DNA of 64,000 bases. It comes from a virus. The stretch is from positions 13,736-77,735 of the IMG/VR virus record IMGVR_UViG_3300021197_001365; one strand, 5' to 3'. Each line of letters opens with the position of its first letter. Within the stretch, counting starts at the first letter, position 1. Position numbers and translations under genes: made by a program. Below the pieces are notes generated by a model. The model saw only the letters and a program-made list of their open reading frames with translations, did not search any database and had not been told where the DNA came from. Of the stretch, positions 1-8,804 are shown piece after piece.

Positions 1-300
1 ACTCCCATTACGGCAGAACGCTCAAGAGAGCTCTTCGATAGAGACATTGAGTGTGCCATTAAGGACTGCGAACGACTTTACGGACAGTGGCACAATTGGC
101 CAGAAGAGGTTCAATTAATTCTAGTAAACATGGCGTTTAATCTTGGTGGCCCACGTTTAGCAAGATTTAAAAATATGCAGAATATGCTATCTCAAGGAAA
201 GTGGAAAGAGGCTGCGGCAGAGGGCCGGGACTCCTTATGGTATAAGCAAGTTACAAATCGAGCAGAAAGATTAATGACACGACTTGAAAATATCTCTTGA
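1..300 (+). CDS. Endolysin, T4-type (GH24) lysozyme, 5'-truncated by window edge
   Basis: Frame 1 open from base 1: ...WPEEVQLILVNMAFNLGGPRLARFKNM...WKEAAAEGRDSLWYKQVTNRAERL, T4 lysozyme C-lobe motifs; TGA at 298-300; not in ORF track. Confidence 0.9.
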   Translation, partial: TPITAERSRELFDRDIECAIKDCERLYGQWHNWPEEVQLILVNMAFNLGGPRLARFKNMQNMLSQGKWKEAAAEGRDSLWYKQVTNRAERLMTRLENIS

Positions 301-325
301 CATTCATTACTAGTTAGTGTATAAT
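286..325 (+). promoter_or_regulatory. sigma70-type phage promoter
   Basis: TTGACA (297-302), 17 bp, TATAAT (320-325); overlaps lysozyme stop. Confidence 0.9.
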
Positions 326-389
326 AGATTTTGTGGCTGGGAGTTTTCAAAAAATTCACAGCACAAATTCACTAACTGGAGACAAGACC

Positions 390-1112
390 ATGGCAAACGG
401 TGCCCAAACTCAACAATCCACCATTGAACATGCTCTTGAAGTAATGTATCAACATTTACCTGATAGATTTTACGTTAAGAGTCCCGAAACAACACGTACA
501 ATAGGAATATCTGGGGAAGTATTAAAACGACACTTAGGATGCAAAACTTGGCAGCAAGTTTATGATGACTTTGTACTTGGGGATGCAGAAATTCCTGAGA
601 ATACTACTTTACAAAAGAGAATAAATCCTAAAACTGGAAACTTTTTTGTAAAAGGAGAAGTATGTGCAGAAACAGGTAAAGTTTTTATGCACTACAAGCT
701 GAGAGAGGTGAATCAAGACCATCTTGGCTATTGCAAAGAGTACTGGACGACAGCAGAACAGTTTAATAAAAAACAAGCAAATGATGTATTTACAAAATCA
801 ATGACAGCTGCTAAAACCAGAAATCTTGAATGGAATATCTCTCCTGCAAAAGAAGAAGAATTGCTTGAACAGAAACACTGCCCAGTTTGTGGTATTAGAA
901 TGAGAATGCCTTGGGAAGATTTTCCACGCAAAAAGAGAACACCTATTCCTGCTTCTTTTAGTATAGATAGACTTGATAATGAAGTAGGGTACATCGATTC
1001 TAATGTTAATTCTATATGTCATGGGTGTAATACCCTAAAGGGTGCTATGAGTAGAGAAGATATTGTACGAGTAGCACAACGTTTAGCAGAATTTGTAACA
1101 GAAGAAAAGTAG
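390..1112 (+). CDS. HNH / His-Cys (beta-beta-alpha-Me) endonuclease
   Basis: CPVCG...SIDRLDNEVGYIDSNVNSICHGCNTLKG; GGAGA RBS before ATG 390. Confidence 0.8.
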   Translation: MANGAQTQQSTIEHALEVMYQHLPDRFYVKSPETTRTIGISGEVLKRHLGCKTWQQVYDDFVLGDAEIPENTTLQKRINPKTGNFFVKGEVCAETGKVFMHYKLREVNQDHLGYCKEYWTTAEQFNKKQANDVFTKSMTAAKTRNLEWNISPAKEEELLEQKHCPVCGIRMRMPWEDFPRKKRTPIPASFSIDRLDNEVGYIDSNVNSICHGCNTLKGAMSREDIVRVAQRLAEFVTEEK

Positions 1113-1113
1113 T

Positions 1114-1710
1114 ATGAATCTTTTTTATCTTGACGAGAACTTGGACAAGTGTGCCGAGTATCATGTCGACAAACATATTGTAAAAATGCCATTGGAAGTT
1201 GCCCAGATATGCTGTACAGCAGTTTGGGTAGATGTGCATTTGGGTTTTGTACCCCGGGCTTTGAATAAATCAGAGTCAGATTATCTTAACTCCTTGAAGA
1301 AGGAGATTAAACACTTACCGCCTGAAAGCAGACCACTCACTCCTTACCTGCCTATGATGTACAATCACCCTTGTACTATCTGGGCACGTAGTTCTTTGGA
1401 TAACTATGAGTGGACACACTGCTATGGCAATGCGCTCGGAGAGGAGTATCGCTATCGATATGGCAAACAGCACAAATCAGTCACAGTTATCAACAAACTG
1501 CCCGACATTGTCAAAATGGAAAGACTTGGATTTACCACTTTCGGATTGGCAATGCCAGACGTGCTCAAAGACTATGACAATCCTATACAGTCTTATCGTG
1601 ACTACTATCATCTCGATAAGGCTACTTTTGCCAGTTGGACTGGGAGACCTGCCCCCTCATGGTGGGATGATTCTCTCGCAGATTACGAGGCAAGGATCAC
1701 GAGAAAATAA
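1114..1710 (+). CDS. Pyrimidine-dimer DNA glycosylase / endonuclease V-like protein
   Basis: MNLFYLD...HVDKHIVKMPLEVAQ, NHPCTIWAR, YRDYY motifs typical of the DenV-like family. Confidence 0.8.
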   Translation: MNLFYLDENLDKCAEYHVDKHIVKMPLEVAQICCTAVWVDVHLGFVPRALNKSESDYLNSLKKEIKHLPPESRPLTPYLPMMYNHPCTIWARSSLDNYEWTHCYGNALGEEYRYRYGKQHKSVTVINKLPDIVKMERLGFTTFGLAMPDVLKDYDNPIQSYRDYYHLDKATFASWTGRPAPSWWDDSLADYEARITRK

Positions 1711-1872
1711 ATGAAAAATAAAAAAAGTTACAACCACCTTAAACTTGTAGCTTCTCGCTCTGGTCTATCAAAAGTGGACGATCAGTATTTAGAGTTAGAA
1801 AAGCAACAAGAAGAAATCGAAGAGCAAGCAAGATTAATTGCTGAAATGTATGGAGAACCAGACGAAGAATGA
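1711..1872 (+). CDS. Small hypothetical protein (53 aa, coiled-coil)
   Basis: MKNKKSYNHLKLVASRSG...EPDEE; abuts upstream stop, ATGA overlap with next gene; below ORF-track cutoff. Confidence 0.7.
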   Translation: MKNKKSYNHLKLVASRSGLSKVDDQYLELEKQQEEIEEQARLIAEMYGEPDEE

Positions 1873-2204
1873 AAAAACTAGGCTTTTGGGTGTATGACAC
1901 CTACAATTTCTTTTTTAGTCTTAAAATGAACCCTTTAAGATTTATACCAAATGCGTTTACACAGTACATACTGATGTTTTATCTATCGGTCATGTGGACA
2001 GTTGTATTTACGCTTTGGACTGGATATAGTATTTATTTTGGCCTTGGAAGTGTCGGTGGACACCTATTAGTAATTAGTGCTTTTTTTATCACTGCTCTTA
2101 CCTTTCAAGATGCAGAAAAGAATGGGCATTTATGGGTACAGCGAGTTCAGCCTACCCCAGTACAGAACAGGAGAGGTGTGTGGAACCTGGAAAAGGAGGG
2201 ATGA
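1869..2204 (+). CDS. Membrane protein, 2 predicted TM helices
   Basis: Hydrophobic segments YILMFYLSVMWTVVFTLW and GGHLLVISAFFITAL; ATGA coupling at both ends. Confidence 0.8.
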   Translation: MKKLGFWVYDTYNFFFSLKMNPLRFIPNAFTQYILMFYLSVMWTVVFTLWTGYSIYFGLGSVGGHLLVISAFFITALTFQDAEKNGHLWVQRVQPTPVQNRRGVWNLEKEG

Positions 2205-2371
2205 GTATTTTTAAAATTGTAGAAGTATTTTATGCTCAAAACGAAAGAGAGTACAGAGTAGTAGAAAAAAGACCCGACGGAAAAATACAGGACGTAGCGC
2301 GACTTACTAGTAGAGCAAAAGCTCAGTACTACATAGATGCTCGTCAACCACAGATAAAATCGGAGGAGTAA
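2201..2371 (+). CDS. Small hypothetical protein (56 aa)
   Basis: AAGGAGGG RBS before ATG 2201; C-terminal part of the listed 2132 ORF. Confidence 0.7.
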   Translation: MSIFKIVEVFYAQNEREYRVVEKRPDGKIQDVARLTSRAKAQYYIDARQPQIKSEE

Positions 2372-2374
2372 TCA

Positions 2375-2749
2375 ATGTCAGGCAAGTTTAAAAGTAAACT
2401 ATTTAATGTATATCATCCTCCTCACTATAAAGCACATCCCAGCGGGGTAGAGTGTATACAGATTACAGAGCATATGAGTTTTTGTCTCGGAAATGCTGTA
2501 AAGTATATTTGGAGAGCAGGAATAAAAACTCACGATCCTGTACATGATTTAAGCAAAGCAGTATGGTATCTAAATAGGGAGATAGCAAAAATTGAGAAGA
2601 ATCAAGAAAAAAGAGTCCGAGAACTTGTCCGATACGAATATACAGAAAGTGATCGGTCTTCTGAGTGGCAACAGTCCTATAACAAAGAAGGAAGCCTGTG
2701 GTATCCTGAATATAGCATACAATACAACCAGGCTTCAGAGAATAATTGA
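2375..2749 (+). CDS. DUF3310 family protein (T7 gp1.7-like nucleotide kinase family)
   Basis: HPPHY...SGVECIQI...FCLGNAVKYIWRAG.K...DLSKAVWYLNREI; GGAGGAG RBS. Confidence 0.85.
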   Translation: MSGKFKSKLFNVYHPPHYKAHPSGVECIQITEHMSFCLGNAVKYIWRAGIKTHDPVHDLSKAVWYLNREIAKIEKNQEKRVRELVRYEYTESDRSSEWQQSYNKEGSLWYPEYSIQYNQASENN

Positions 2750-3284
2750 TGACTTCGAAGAGACGCAGGCGTATCGTTCAAAAAGAAAAAGCCAGAATAA
2801 AGGGAAGGCAGCCACAAAAGATGAAGTGGCAGATGCGGTTACTCGATTCTTATCCGGCGACTCTATCTCAGAAATCGCAGCGGGGTTATACAGGTCATCT
2901 GGATTTGTTAAGTCCATCATTGAGCGAACTGGAGTCCCACAAAAAGGAGAAGGAAAATGTGACTATCTCCCGGATGAGTGCATTGCTGAAGATTTTGCTA
3001 CTGGAGAGATAGCTTGGTCGGCTCGTTATCACGGCCCTTGTATTATAAAACAAGAACTCTCAGTAGATTATCAAGCTGAGAAAGCTGGAATGTCTGATGT
3101 AAACTATGAAAAGAAGTATGGGTGCAAAGCTTTCAATGTCTGGGTAATTCAAAAAATGGACGAAGATTATAGTGAGCGTTGGACTACTGCACAAGGTGCA
3201 GGATTTACCGCAACAGAGCTTGCATATGATCTGGGGAAACTTAATCATTTGGAAGAATATGGGGTTGATCTATCACGTATTTAA
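2592..3284 (+). CDS. T5 D2-like HTH DNA-binding protein
   Basis: HTH-like segments (ITKKEACGILNIAY; SISEIAAGLYRSSGFVKSII); position upstream of D3-like gene; GGGAG RBS, TTG start. Confidence 0.6.
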   Translation: MRRIKKKESENLSDTNIQKVIGLLSGNSPITKKEACGILNIAYNTTRLQRIIDDFEETQAYRSKRKSQNKGKAATKDEVADAVTRFLSGDSISEIAAGLYRSSGFVKSIIERTGVPQKGEGKCDYLPDECIAEDFATGEIAWSARYHGPCIIKQELSVDYQAEKAGMSDVNYEKKYGCKAFNVWVIQKMDEDYSERWTTAQGAGFTATELAYDLGKLNHLEEYGVDLSRI

Positions 3285-3323
3285 AAATAGTTCTTGACAT
3301 TCTTGTTATTTTTGTACTATAAT
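3283..3323 (+). promoter_or_regulatory. sigma70-type phage promoter
   Basis: AAAAATAGTTC-TTGACA (3294-3299), 18 bp, TATAAT (3318-3323). Confidence 0.85.
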
Positions 3324-3347
3324 ATAGTCTTGAAAATGAGGAAAGAA

Positions 3348-3797
3348 ATGTCTGACCGATTTTATTTACAACAACTACAAGTTCTGGGTGGTTGCCCAGG
3401 TTCACGAAACAAAAAGAGGAAGCGCAGAATGGCGTGGGACGACGATAAAAAAGCACAAGCAGTATCTATGTACGAAGAGCAAGACCCTACTCCCGAGACC
3501 TCCATGGAGATTGTAAAAGCAATCGCAGAGGAGCTTGAAGAGTCACCAAATGGTGTTCGTATGATTCTTACCAAAGCTGGAGTTTATGTAAAGAAGACCC
3601 CCGCTTCTGGTGGCAGCAAAGCTGGCACGAGTGGTGGTAGTGGTGGGGGCCGCGTATCAAAGGCTGCCGCACAAGAATCATTAGTTGCGGCTATCACAGA
3701 TGCTGGTCAAGAAGTTGATGAGGATGTAATTTCAAAGTTGACGGGAAAAGCAGCTCAATACTTTACCACTATTATTGCTAACGTAAACTCAAACTAA
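3348..3797 (+). CDS. D3: T5 D3-like DNA-binding protein (alternative start at 3429)
   Basis: MAWDDDKK...PTPETSMEIVKAIAEELEESPNGVRMILTKAGVYVKK; synteny; the listed TTG start at 3294 lies in the -35 box and is unlikely. Confidence 0.7.
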   Translation: MSDRFYLQQLQVLGGCPGSRNKKRKRRMAWDDDKKAQAVSMYEEQDPTPETSMEIVKAIAEELEESPNGVRMILTKAGVYVKKTPASGGSKAGTSGGSGGGRVSKAAAQESLVAAITDAGQEVDEDVISKLTGKAAQYFTTIIANVNSN

Positions 3798-3809
3798 AAA
3801 ACTTTAGTT

Positions 3810-3840
3810 AAACCACTCTCTTTTTGGAGAGTGGTTTTTT
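3810..3840 (+). terminator. Rho-independent terminator
   Basis: AAACCACTCTC-TTTTTG-GAGAGTGGTTT followed by T-run. Confidence 0.85.
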
Positions 3841-3912
3841 GCTAGCCACAGAAACAACCTTAGAGTTCGGCAAAGTAAAAAATTTTACTGACCTGCTACC
3901 TAAGGAGTATTT

Positions 3913-4185
3913 GTGAAAAAAGAGGAATTAGCAGACCTTGTAAATGAGTATGGTGATGCAATAATTACTTATCGAAGTGAGAACTCAGGTAAGTTAAAAT
4001 ATAATGTATGTACCCTGGATTTCTCCACACCATATATTCAAAAGAAAAAGAATAGGGCAAAAGAATCCCCAGAGACTTTATTGTTATTCTGTTGGGATAC
4101 TGATTCTTATCGTCTACTAAAACCAGAGAATGTAACCAGTGTTCTTGGGCTGTCTTCGGTTTTACAGAACGGTACTCGAAGATGA
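3913..4185 (+). CDS. Conserved T5-like hypothetical protein (possible SH3-like fold)
   Basis: AAGGAG RBS, GTG start; lies between D3-like and PC4-like genes as in T5. Confidence 0.75.
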   Translation: MKKEELADLVNEYGDAIITYRSENSGKLKYNVCTLDFSTPYIQKKKNRAKESPETLLLFCWDTDSYRLLKPENVTSVLGLSSVLQNGTRR

Positions 4186-4484
4186 ATCTGCACGAAGCCC
4201 CTCCAATGTATGAGCGAGTAATCCACTATAATCAAGAACATGAAGTTCAAATACGGTTAAGTGTAAATTCTTTTCGTGGGGTAGAATACCTACATCTAAG
4301 AAAGTATTATCTCGATTTTGAAGAAGAATGGAAGCCCTCCTCTGATGGAGTAGCTATGCCAATTGATTTTAAAAATTCCAGGGAGCTTTTCATAGGACTC
4401 ACAGAAATTTTATCATTGGCAGAAAGTAAAGATATTCTAGAAGAACACTTTTCTGACATTGTTCGAAACCTATACATAAAATAG
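4182..4484 (+). CDS. PC4/p15-family ssDNA-binding protein
   Basis: IRLSVNSFRGVEYLHLRKYY...EWKPSSDGVAMP, PC4 signature; T5 carries one upstream of the ligase. Confidence 0.85.
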   Translation: MNLHEAPPMYERVIHYNQEHEVQIRLSVNSFRGVEYLHLRKYYLDFEEEWKPSSDGVAMPIDFKNSRELFIGLTEILSLAESKDILEEHFSDIVRNLYIK

Positions 4485-4516
4485 TTCTTGACTTTTCTTT
4501 CTTCTTTCTGTATAAT
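4477..4516 (+). promoter_or_regulatory. sigma70-type phage promoter
   Basis: AAAATAGTTC-TTGACT (4488-4493), 17 bp, TATAAT (4511-4516). Confidence 0.88.
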
Positions 4517-4539
4517 ATATGGTCTGAGTGGGAGAAATT

Positions 4540-5484
4540 ATGAAAGATTTTTTTGAAAAATGCGAAGCCGCATACTTCTCGGGCTACCCGATAATCTCGG
4601 ACGAAGAGTATGATGCGCTTGTAGCAAAGTGGAATCATAAAGCACTGGGCCATACCGTCACAGACGGTGTGCTTCATTTGTATAAAATGTATTCTTTACA
4701 AAAATACTTTGAACTTAACGACGCCCCCGATACTACAGAGTATGTTTGTACTCCAAAGTTGGACGGGGCCGCAGTGTCTTTACTGTATGTAAATGGACAC
4801 TTTGCACTTGGATTGACACGAGGGGACGGTAACTTAGGCCGAGATATTACTTTAAAACTAGAAGAGCTAGTACCTGCCACTATTCCTATGAAGGGTAATG
4901 TGCAGATTACTGGTGAAGTAGTTTTACCCTCGTCCGTCACCAATGCTCGCAATGCTGCAGCGGGGTTGTTAAACGTCAAAGACATTAAAGAGTTTCGAGA
5001 TCGCTCTCAAAACTTGGTCTTTGTCGCTTACGACCTCCAGTTTGAAAAAGACTACTCAGACTATAAAGCAGCAATGCATGCATTGGCCCATGAAGGTTTC
5101 AATGTAGTGACAGACTTCGACGCTACTAATTATCCTACGGATGGTTTAGTATACCGCCTGCGCTCTCAGAGAGCCTTTCAAAAAATGGGACATACAGCCC
5201 ACCACCCTCGCGGCGCTTTTGCGCTCAAAGAGCAGAAGGCGGGTGTACATACAGAATTACTCGATGTTGTGTGGCAAGTAGGTAAATCGGGCGTAGTCAG
5301 TCCAGTTGCTATACTTGATCCAGTCGAAGTAGAAGGAGCCATTGTGGGCAGGGCAACTCTACACAATATCGAGTACATTCGCTCCCTGGAACTAGAAATT
5401 GGTTGTACTGTAGAGGTAATACGTAGTGGGGACATCATTCCGAGAATCGTTCGGAGAGCAGACATCCCAAAAAATAGTTCTTGA
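4540..5484 (+). CDS. ligA: NAD-dependent DNA ligase subunit A (adenylation + OB domains)
   Basis: KLDG motif I, TRGDG, RNAAAG, TDGLV, RATLHN, RSGDIIP; GGGAGA RBS before ATG 4540. Confidence 0.95.
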   Translation: MKDFFEKCEAAYFSGYPIISDEEYDALVAKWNHKALGHTVTDGVLHLYKMYSLQKYFELNDAPDTTEYVCTPKLDGAAVSLLYVNGHFALGLTRGDGNLGRDITLKLEELVPATIPMKGNVQITGEVVLPSSVTNARNAAAGLLNVKDIKEFRDRSQNLVFVAYDLQFEKDYSDYKAAMHALAHEGFNVVTDFDATNYPTDGLVYRLRSQRAFQKMGHTAHHPRGAFALKEQKAGVHTELLDVVWQVGKSGVVSPVAILDPVEVEGAIVGRATLHNIEYIRSLELEIGCTVEVIRSGDIIPRIVRRADIPKNSS

Positions 5485-5509
5485 CTTTTACCTCAGTTTT
5501 TCGTATAAT
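5470..5509 (+). promoter_or_regulatory. sigma70-type promoter between the ligase halves
   Basis: AAAAATAGTTC-TTGACT (5481-5486), 17 bp, TATAAT (5504-5509). Confidence 0.88.
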
Positions 5510-5536
5510 ATATTCTACATTTTCGGAGAAGTTTAA

Positions 5537-6325
5537 ATGCTAAGAGAAATCGTGCCACCAACGGAATGTCCTTCCTGTGGTACTGAGCTTACTGTTGTCA
5601 ATGATTTGTTCTACTGTAAAGGTGGAGACTGTTCGGCACAGGCTCAAAAGAAACTCGAGCATTTTGCAAAGACTCTGAAGATTAAGGGGCTTGGCCCCGC
5701 AACAATAGAGAAGCTGAATATTACAGACTTTGATGAAGTCTATATGTGCGACAAAGAAATACTTTGTGAGAAGTTGGGTGAAAAGCTCGGTACAAAATTG
5801 TACAATGAGATTGATAACTCTGCTTCAGCTCCTCTTGATTTAGTGTTACCTGCTTTTGGTATACATTTAATCGGAAAAACGGCAACGAAGAAGCTGTCTG
5901 AGACTCTTACTTACTTACATGAAATAAATGCAGACACTTGTGAGCGTGCCGGATTAGGCCCAAAAGCAACCGAGAGTTTATGTACTTGGTTAAAAAAAGA
6001 CTGGTATGGTTTCTATGATGGATGCCTTCCCTTCGATATGAAGTTTACACCTCCTGGCGTACTGCCAGTCCCTATGGATAGAGGCGTTGTCTGTATAACC
6101 GGAAAGCTTAAGAGTTTTAAGACTAAGGCTCAAGCAGGCACAGCACTCGTTAATCTTGGCTATGTAGTAAAGTCTAGTTTAACTAAAGATGTAACAATTC
6201 TCGTTAATGAGAGCGGCATTGAATCCGCTAAAACTAAACAGGCCAGAGATTCTGGCATTGAAATAATCACGGATTTACAATCCTATTTGGAGAAAAAATA
6301 TGGCACTTCCCAAGTGGACGGATGA
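5537..6325 (+). CDS. ligB: NAD-dependent DNA ligase subunit B (Zn finger, HhH, BRCT)
   Basis: CPSC...C...C zinc finger, IKGLGPATIEKL HhH, VCITGKL...SAKTKQAR BRCT. Confidence 0.93.
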   Translation: MLREIVPPTECPSCGTELTVVNDLFYCKGGDCSAQAQKKLEHFAKTLKIKGLGPATIEKLNITDFDEVYMCDKEILCEKLGEKLGTKLYNEIDNSASAPLDLVLPAFGIHLIGKTATKKLSETLTYLHEINADTCERAGLGPKATESLCTWLKKDWYGFYDGCLPFDMKFTPPGVLPVPMDRGVVCITGKLKSFKTKAQAGTALVNLGYVVKSSLTKDVTILVNESGIESAKTKQARDSGIEIITDLQSYLEKKYGTSQVDG

Positions 6326-7025
6326 GCGCACTGCTCAACTGACAGCTTTTGTGGGGTCTGAAAGCCCCGTGTCTCAAGATACTGTTGCTGATGCAGCAGA
6401 AGAGCTTGAGACTTCTACTCGTTCTATCTCTAGCAAGCTGCGAAAGATGGGCTACGAAGTAGAGCTCGCTTCTTCACGATCTAACCGCGCTTTCAGTGCA
6501 GATCAAGAAGCAACTCTTGCAACTTTTGTGCAAGATAACAGCGGTGAGTATACTTATGCTCAAATCGCTGAAAACTTTGAAGGTGGAGCTTTCTCTGCCA
6601 AGTCTATCCAAGGCAAGATTTTGTCTATGGAATTGACCGATCATGTAAAACCTGCTCCTAAGGTTGAGACTGTTCGTACTTACTCTCCCGACGAGGAAGT
6701 AACTTTTATCAATATGGTAAATGATGGTGCGTTCGTTGAAGCTATTGCAGACGCTCTTGATCGCTCTGTAAACTCTGTTCGTGGTAAGGCTCTTAGCCTT
6801 CTTCGATCAGGTGAAATTGACGCTATTCCTCGTCAAGAGCACACTAAGGGCGGAGCTAAAGAAGATCCTTTGGCTGACCTCGGTGATGTGTCAGGAATGA
6901 CCGTTGAAGAGATCGCAGAAGCAATCGGCAAGACTGCTCGCGGTGTCAAGACTATGCTCACTCGTCGTGGCTTGTCAGCTTCTGACTATGACGGTGCAGC
7001 TCGAAAAGAAAAGGCCGCTTCCTAA
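6300..7025 (+). CDS. D5: T5 D5-like DNA-binding transcription regulator (tandem HTH repeats)
   Basis: Repeated AxxLxxSxRSxxxKL HTH units; position between ligB and helicase. Confidence 0.85.
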   Translation: MALPKWTDERTAQLTAFVGSESPVSQDTVADAAEELETSTRSISSKLRKMGYEVELASSRSNRAFSADQEATLATFVQDNSGEYTYAQIAENFEGGAFSAKSIQGKILSMELTDHVKPAPKVETVRTYSPDEEVTFINMVNDGAFVEAIADALDRSVNSVRGKALSLLRSGEIDAIPRQEHTKGGAKEDPLADLGDVSGMTVEEIAEAIGKTARGVKTMLTRRGLSASDYDGAARKEKAAS

Positions 7026-7041
7026 GTAGTTTTTCTTTTCC

Positions 7042-7073
7042 GCAACCGTGGTATTTACTGCGGTTGCATTTTT
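7042..7073 (+). terminator. Rho-independent terminator after D5
   Basis: GCAACCGTGGTA/TACTGCGGTTGC stem followed by ATTTTT. Confidence 0.75.
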
Positions 7074-7089
7074 ATGTTTCGGGGAATAA

Positions 7090-8442
7090 GTGAATATATC
7101 TAGCGCATTAATCAAACAGATTATTATGCTCCAGGATGCTGATACCTGGAGTTACTTGCGCAAGCATTATCTTCCTACTGAGTACCATACCCTCTTTTCT
7201 ATAATTGATGGACATTCTCAGAAATTTCATAAAGTTCCCACGTTTGAGGATCTTAAGTTTGAAATCCGAGACACAGCTTCGCGGGATAAACTTCTCGCCA
7301 TTGAAGCACTTGATATTGAGGCAGACCCTTCGATATTGCTTCAGTATCTCAAGAATGAGTATACTCAAAAAGAGATTCTGTACTCTCTTGAAAAATATAT
7401 TGACTCCTCTATTTCTTTTGAAGATGCAGAAGAGTCAGTATCCCATCTGCACCAGATTGTTCTAGACATCGAAGAAAAAGTAGAACTAGAACAGCCGCAG
7501 GAAAGTATGCAACGTATTTCCCTGTTCCCGCCAGATGAGGAATTGGATAAGTACTTGCCCTTAGGCCTTAACACCGCCTTTGATGAGGAGTTCAAGTTTT
7601 CTCCCCGAGACTTGATTCTTGTCGGGGGTCGACGCGGGTCAGGAAAATCCATTACATGCTGTAATATAGCTAATAGTGTATTTGAAAGTGGAAAGTCGGC
7701 AATCTATTTCACCATTGAGATGGATAGCCGTGAGATTTTACAAAGATGTTGTGCCATTGCCACAGGTATTGCTCACGATAAACTTCGTAAGCGAACGCTC
7801 AGTGTTAAGGAGTGGGAAACTGTAGCAGCTTGGTGGACGAATCGTTTCGTCGATGCAGATGAAAAACTGAAAGAGTATCACGATCATCGTGACTTTGAGA
7901 GACTACATTACGAACTCAAGACTAACTGTGAGCTTCTCCCGACTCAACAGTTAGACGTAGTTTATGATGCTTCTCTTACAATTTCAAAGATTCGTGCTGA
8001 GTTGGATAAAAAAGTAAAAAGTGCAATGGATGTTGGAGTAGTTATTGTAGACTACATCAACCAAGTAAAACGTTCCAACCTACCATCTCGCGCAGGACAG
8101 TATGACTGGACTGAGCAGATAGAGGTAAGTAAAGCATTAAAGTCTATGGCCCAGGAATATGAAGTTCCAGTTTACAGTCCGTATCAAATTGATGCAACAG
8201 GTGAAGCTCGCTTTGCTAAAGGTATTCTTGATGCGGCAGATGCAGCTTTCACGATTGATACGTGGAAAACTGAAGATGCAGTTATGTCCTTTAATTGTAC
8301 TAAAATGAGAAGTGGTAAAATGGGAACATTTACTTCTACAATGAACTGGGAAAGCCTAAAGATTGGGCCAGATACAGCTCTTACACCAGATGAAAGAGAA
8401 CAAGAAGAACATAAAACTGGCGAAGAAATAAACGACATCTAA
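7090..8442 (+). CDS. D6: Replicative DnaB-like helicase (T5 D6)
   Basis: Walker A GGRRGSGKS, FTIEM, IVDYIN, FAKGILDAAD, KMRSG. Confidence 0.93.
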   Translation: MNISSALIKQIIMLQDADTWSYLRKHYLPTEYHTLFSIIDGHSQKFHKVPTFEDLKFEIRDTASRDKLLAIEALDIEADPSILLQYLKNEYTQKEILYSLEKYIDSSISFEDAEESVSHLHQIVLDIEEKVELEQPQESMQRISLFPPDEELDKYLPLGLNTAFDEEFKFSPRDLILVGGRRGSGKSITCCNIANSVFESGKSAIYFTIEMDSREILQRCCAIATGIAHDKLRKRTLSVKEWETVAAWWTNRFVDADEKLKEYHDHRDFERLHYELKTNCELLPTQQLDVVYDASLTISKIRAELDKKVKSAMDVGVVIVDYINQVKRSNLPSRAGQYDWTEQIEVSKALKSMAQEYEVPVYSPYQIDATGEARFAKGILDAADAAFTIDTWKTEDAVMSFNCTKMRSGKMGTFTSTMNWESLKIGPDTALTPDEREQEEHKTGEEINDI

Positions 8443-8480
8443 AAATATTTCTTGACACTCCTGCTGATTTTTGATATAAT
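8441..8480 (+). promoter_or_regulatory. sigma70-type phage promoter
   Basis: AAAAATATTTC-TTGACA (8452-8457), 17 bp, TATAAT (8475-8480). Confidence 0.9.
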
Positions 8481-8510
8481 ATATCTTCTATTGGCAGGAG
8501 TTTTTTACGT

Positions 8511-8804
8511 ATGGGGATGATATATGGCTCACTTAGACACACCACATCTGGTAGAGTTAAGAAGAAAGTTCAAAGACGAGCTAAGACAGCTAAGCGCGTA
8601 CTTTCCACAAACACTACGCAGTCTTACAGACGACCCACCCCAAAGTATCCAAGCGACTCCGGTACAGCTGGAGTTGCCGCTCGAGTGGAACCGCCACGTT
8701 ACACGGGAACCCTTGTTAAAGGTATCGGAACCATGCATAAATCCAATGCGATACCAATTATCAACGAAGAAGAAATGAAAGATTTAGCGAGGATGAGAAG
8801 ATAA
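8511..8804 (+). CDS. Basic conserved phage hypothetical protein
   Basis: C-terminal YTGTLVKGIGTMHKSNAIPI...DLARMRR motif recurrent in phage proteins; CAGGAG RBS. Confidence 0.8.
   Translation: MGMIYGSLRHTTSGRVKKKVQRRAKTAKRVLSTNTTQSYRRPTPKYPSDSGTAGVAARVEPPRYTGTLVKGIGTMHKSNAIPIINEEEMKDLARMRR

Noticed and set aside
3294-3347. Listed TTG start for the D3-like ORF
   Set aside because: The TTG is the -35 box of the promoter and lies upstream of the TSS
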